From: Limnothrix sp. BL-A-16 | GTDB taxonomy: Bacteria; Cyanobacteriota; Cyanobacteriia; CACIAM-69d | Assembly (NCBI GenBank): GCA_041937175.2 | Contig: CP166615.1 | Location: 1,088,001 to 1,152,000 of the forward strand | Length of the DNA: 64,000 nucleotides | Direction: 5' to 3' | Part shown: piece by piece, positions 61,387 to 64,000 of the stretch | How the letters are laid out: every line of letters starts with the position of its first letter | How positions within the stretch are numbered: the first letter of the stretch is position 1 | Translations under genes and position numbers: made by a program | Notes under the pieces: model-generated | The model's database searches: none | What the model was told of the DNA's origin: nothing | Seen by the model: only the letters and a program-made list of their open reading frames with translations

Positions 61387-62811
61387 ATGAAAATTGTTCA
61401 GGCTCCCAGCCAACCTGTGCGCCCGCTCCAGCGGTTTGTGGTGGCCGGTGTGGCAACGCCCGATGATGCGGGCAAACCGTTGGTCGTCAGTCTGAATAAT
61501 GACTTCAAGATGACAGGGCCGATCGTGGCCAAGGACGGCACTTGGCGCTTAGACCTGGTGTTTCCCAAGCCCGGCAACCATCACCTGAGTGTGAATTTGG
61601 GCGATCGGCGGGCGGACTGGTCGTTTCAGGTGATTGGGGAAAATGGCGAAACGGCCCCACCGGGCCCGATCGTCCCAGAAGCCAGCCCTGTCAACGGCCG
61701 TCGTCCCCTCCCTCGGGCGAAGGCCGCAGAAGGTGCGCCCACCCTGCGGCAGTTGGTGGAAGAAGCCTTCCGCAACAACTATTCCGATGTGCATTTGGCT
61801 GTGGGCCGAGAACCGCGCTTCCGCAGCCGGGGGCAAATGCAGCCCACCACCTACCCCACCACCGATGACAACACCTTCATGGCCTGGATGCAGGAAGTGT
61901 TGAGTGATCTGGAAATTCAGCAGTTTCAAGAACATTTGGACTTTGACGGCGCGGCCCAATATCCCTTTGCACGGGTGCGGATCAATTTGTTTGAAACCCT
62001 GAACGGGCCGGCGATGGTGTTGCGCTTGATTCCGATGGAAATCAAGACCTTTGAGCAGCTTTGTTTACCGGCGGCCTTTGCCAATGTTTGCCATGCCCAC
62101 AAGGGGTTGATTTTGGTGACGGGGCCCACCGGCTCCGGGAAGTCCACCACCTTGGCGGCCATGATTGACTACATCAACCGCAACATGACCCGGCACATCA
62201 TCACGATCGAAGACCCGATCGAGTTTGTCCACCAAAGCCGCAGGTCGGTGATCAATCAGCGGGAGGTGGGGATTCACTCCCTACGGTTTGACAATGCGTT
62301 GCGGGCTTCCTTGCGGGAAGATCCAGACGTGATTCTGATTGGGGAAATGCGCGATCGGGAAACGGTGGAAACCGCCCTGAAGGCCGCCCAAACCGGTCAC
62401 TTGGTGTTCGGAACCCTGCACACCAACGGGGCCGTCAAGACGATCGAGCGGATTTTGGCCCTCTATTCACCGGAAGATCGCGAGGCCGTGCGCACCCAAA
62501 TTGCGGAAGCGATGGTGGCTTGCATTTCCCAAGCCCTCGTGCCCACCACCGACGGCAAACGGGCCCCGGTTTTTGAAGTGCTGATCAACACCGATGCGGT
62601 GCGGGATTACATCAAGAAAGGTCAGATTGACGAGGTGGAGGACATCATCCCCCGATCGGAATACGAGGGCATGTGTACGATGAACCAAATTCTCTACAAG
62701 CTCTATTTGGAAGGGCGAATCAACGAGGAGATTGCCCTCGCCAATTCGCCCCGCGAGAACGAAATGGCGATTATGTTGCGAGGTGGCTCTCTCTACAGCT
62801 CTGCGGTCTAG
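61387..62811 (+). CDS. pilT: Type IV pilus retraction ATPase PilT with an extra N-terminal beta-rich domain
   Basis: SDVHL, GPTGSGKSTT, TIEDPIE, LREDPDVILIGEMRD, GHLVFGTLH. GGAGG RBS before ATG 61387. Confidence 0.9.
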   Translation: MKIVQAPSQPVRPLQRFVVAGVATPDDAGKPLVVSLNNDFKMTGPIVAKDGTWRLDLVFPKPGNHHLSVNLGDRRADWSFQVIGENGETAPPGPIVPEASPVNGRRPLPRAKAAEGAPTLRQLVEEAFRNNYSDVHLAVGREPRFRSRGQMQPTTYPTTDDNTFMAWMQEVLSDLEIQQFQEHLDFDGAAQYPFARVRINLFETLNGPAMVLRLIPMEIKTFEQLCLPAAFANVCHAHKGLILVTGPTGSGKSTTLAAMIDYINRNMTRHIITIEDPIEFVHQSRRSVINQREVGIHSLRFDNALRASLREDPDVILIGEMRDRETVETALKAAQTGHLVFGTLHTNGAVKTIERILALYSPEDREAVRTQIAEAMVACISQALVPTTDGKRAPVFEVLINTDAVRDYIKKGQIDEVEDIIPRSEYEGMCTMNQILYKLYLEGRINEEIALANSPRENEMAIMLRGGSLYSSAV

Positions 62812-62890
62812 GTCGGGGCTTGGGGCTTGTCGTCAAATGGTCTGAAACCCTGATTTCACCGTTAGCAGATCGGGGGGGACAAGGGGCTTA

Positions 62891-63165
62891 GGGGGTGTCG
62901 TCATTTCAGCGTGGATAGCAGAGGAGAGAGTATCCTTAGCCGAAGTACTGCGCGTTCCTCTGGGTTATAAACCCTGATTGCACCATCGTGACCGATGACC
63001 AATGGGAACGAATTCGCCCCCTGCTCCCCCCACCTCGATGCCCCATTGGCAAGCAAGGACGGAATGATCGATGGTTCATTGAAGCGGCGCTTCATCACTA
63101 TCGGAGAAGCGGTGCTTCATCAATATCGGACAGGGGCCCCTTGGCGCGATTGACCGCCCCAGTTT
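62891..63165 (+). pseudogene. IS5-family (IS427-like) left end and truncated, frameshifted transposase
   Basis: End GGGGGTGTCGTCA; TDDQWERIRPLLP...DRWFIEA; RTGAPWRD continues in another frame after a 25-bp duplication. Confidence 0.8.
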
Positions 63166-63226
63166 TGCTCCCGCAATTGGCCCCTGAAATTCAGTATGTT
63201 TAGGGTGGCGGCGCAAAACCCAGATC

Positions 63227-64000
63227 ATGCAGCGATCGAACCTAACCAAACGGAGCCGAACCCTCCTGGCCCAACGGGCCATGACGGGCGAGCGGATCAC
63301 GCTGCGCACCACGGGAAAAGCGGGCGGCGAAGGGGAAATTTATCAGGTTGCGGAAGAACCGAGCCTGCTGGCCAAGATTTATCACCCCGACCAACGATCG
63401 CCCGATCGGGCGGCCAAACTGGCCGCCATGTTGAACGATCCGCCGCTAGATCCGTTGGAACCACCGATTACGATCGCCTGGCCAGTGGATGCGGTGGTGG
63501 TGGATGGGGCGATTGTTGGGTTTTTGATGCCCAAAGCACCCGAAACCCGCCCCCTGCACGAGGTTTACACGCCCAAGATGCGACGGCGCGAGTTGCCGGG
63601 TCTCACCTATCGCTACCTGGTGCGGATGGCTCGCAACCTGGCCCAAGCCGTTGATGTGCTCCATGAACGGGGCTACACGATTGGGGATGTGAACGAGTCC
63701 AACGTGCTGGCCGCGTCCAATGCCCTGGTGACCCTGGTGGATACGGATTCGTTTCAGGTGGTCGATCGCCAACAGCGGCGCACTTTCCGTTGTCCCGTGG
63801 GCAAGCCAGAATATACGCCCCCGGAACTGCAAGGGCGCAACTTTCGAGAGGTCGATCGCACGGCGGCCCAAGACTGCTTTGGGTTGGCGGTGTTGCTCTT
63901 TCAGTTGTTGATGGAGGGAACCCACCCCTTTGACGGCGCTTTTCTGGGATCCGGTGACCCGCCCCTGATTGACCAACGGATTGCGGCCGGGGAATTTCCC
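63227..64000 (+). CDS. YegI-like protein kinase domain protein (3' end lies outside the window)
   Basis: Manual translation: GGEGEIY, AKIYH, IAWP, GFLMP, HERGYTIGDVNESN, LVDTDSFQ, VGKPEYTPPELQG, D.FGLAV, HPF. Confidence 0.85.
   Translation, partial: MQRSNLTKRSRTLLAQRAMTGERITLRTTGKAGGEGEIYQVAEEPSLLAKIYHPDQRSPDRAAKLAAMLNDPPLDPLEPPITIAWPVDAVVVDGAIVGFLMPKAPETRPLHEVYTPKMRRRELPGLTYRYLVRMARNLAQAVDVLHERGYTIGDVNESNVLAASNALVTLVDTDSFQVVDRQQRRTFRCPVGKPEYTPPELQGRNFREVDRTAAQDCFGLAVLLFQLLMEGTHPFDGAFLGSGDPPLIDQRIAAGEFP

Noticed and set aside
56174..62903. Composite transposon bounded by the two GGGGGTGTCGTCA ends
   Set aside because: The ends face outward, and the enclosed genes (psbY, folC, pilT) are core genes. 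They are better explained as independent insertions.

Overview
Chromosomal window from a cyanobacterium. Evidence: very dense HIP1 octamer GCGATCGC, psbY, a CpcS/CpeS-type bilin lyase, an NblB-like gene, sipA, and a cyanobacterial-type rnpB next to rnc. The repeat style suggests a filamentous Limnothrix-like organism, but that assignment is a guess. Housekeeping genes include menD (partial), pgm, rimO, dnaG, rnc, rnpB, ruvA, rplU-rpmA, coaD-cdv3, yqgF, folC and pilT. The signalling content is dense: a multi-PAS/GAF GGDEF protein, two class III adenylate cyclases, and three orphan histidine kinases, one combining an ethylene-binding domain with a DXCF cyanobacteriochrome GAF. Mobile or accessory DNA: an intact tnpB-only IS200/IS605 element in the menD leader; an AT-rich island (NYN protein, UPF0175, small protein plus retropepsin); two MITEs with 3-bp TNA target duplications; an IS5-family remnant; and a dispersed 20-bp palindrome (CAAGGGGCTTAAGCCCCTTG, 7 full copies) whose centre is repeatedly joined to IS5-like ends. 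No CRISPR array, rRNA, tRNA or prophage was seen. All family calls come from motif recognition by eye, not database searches.
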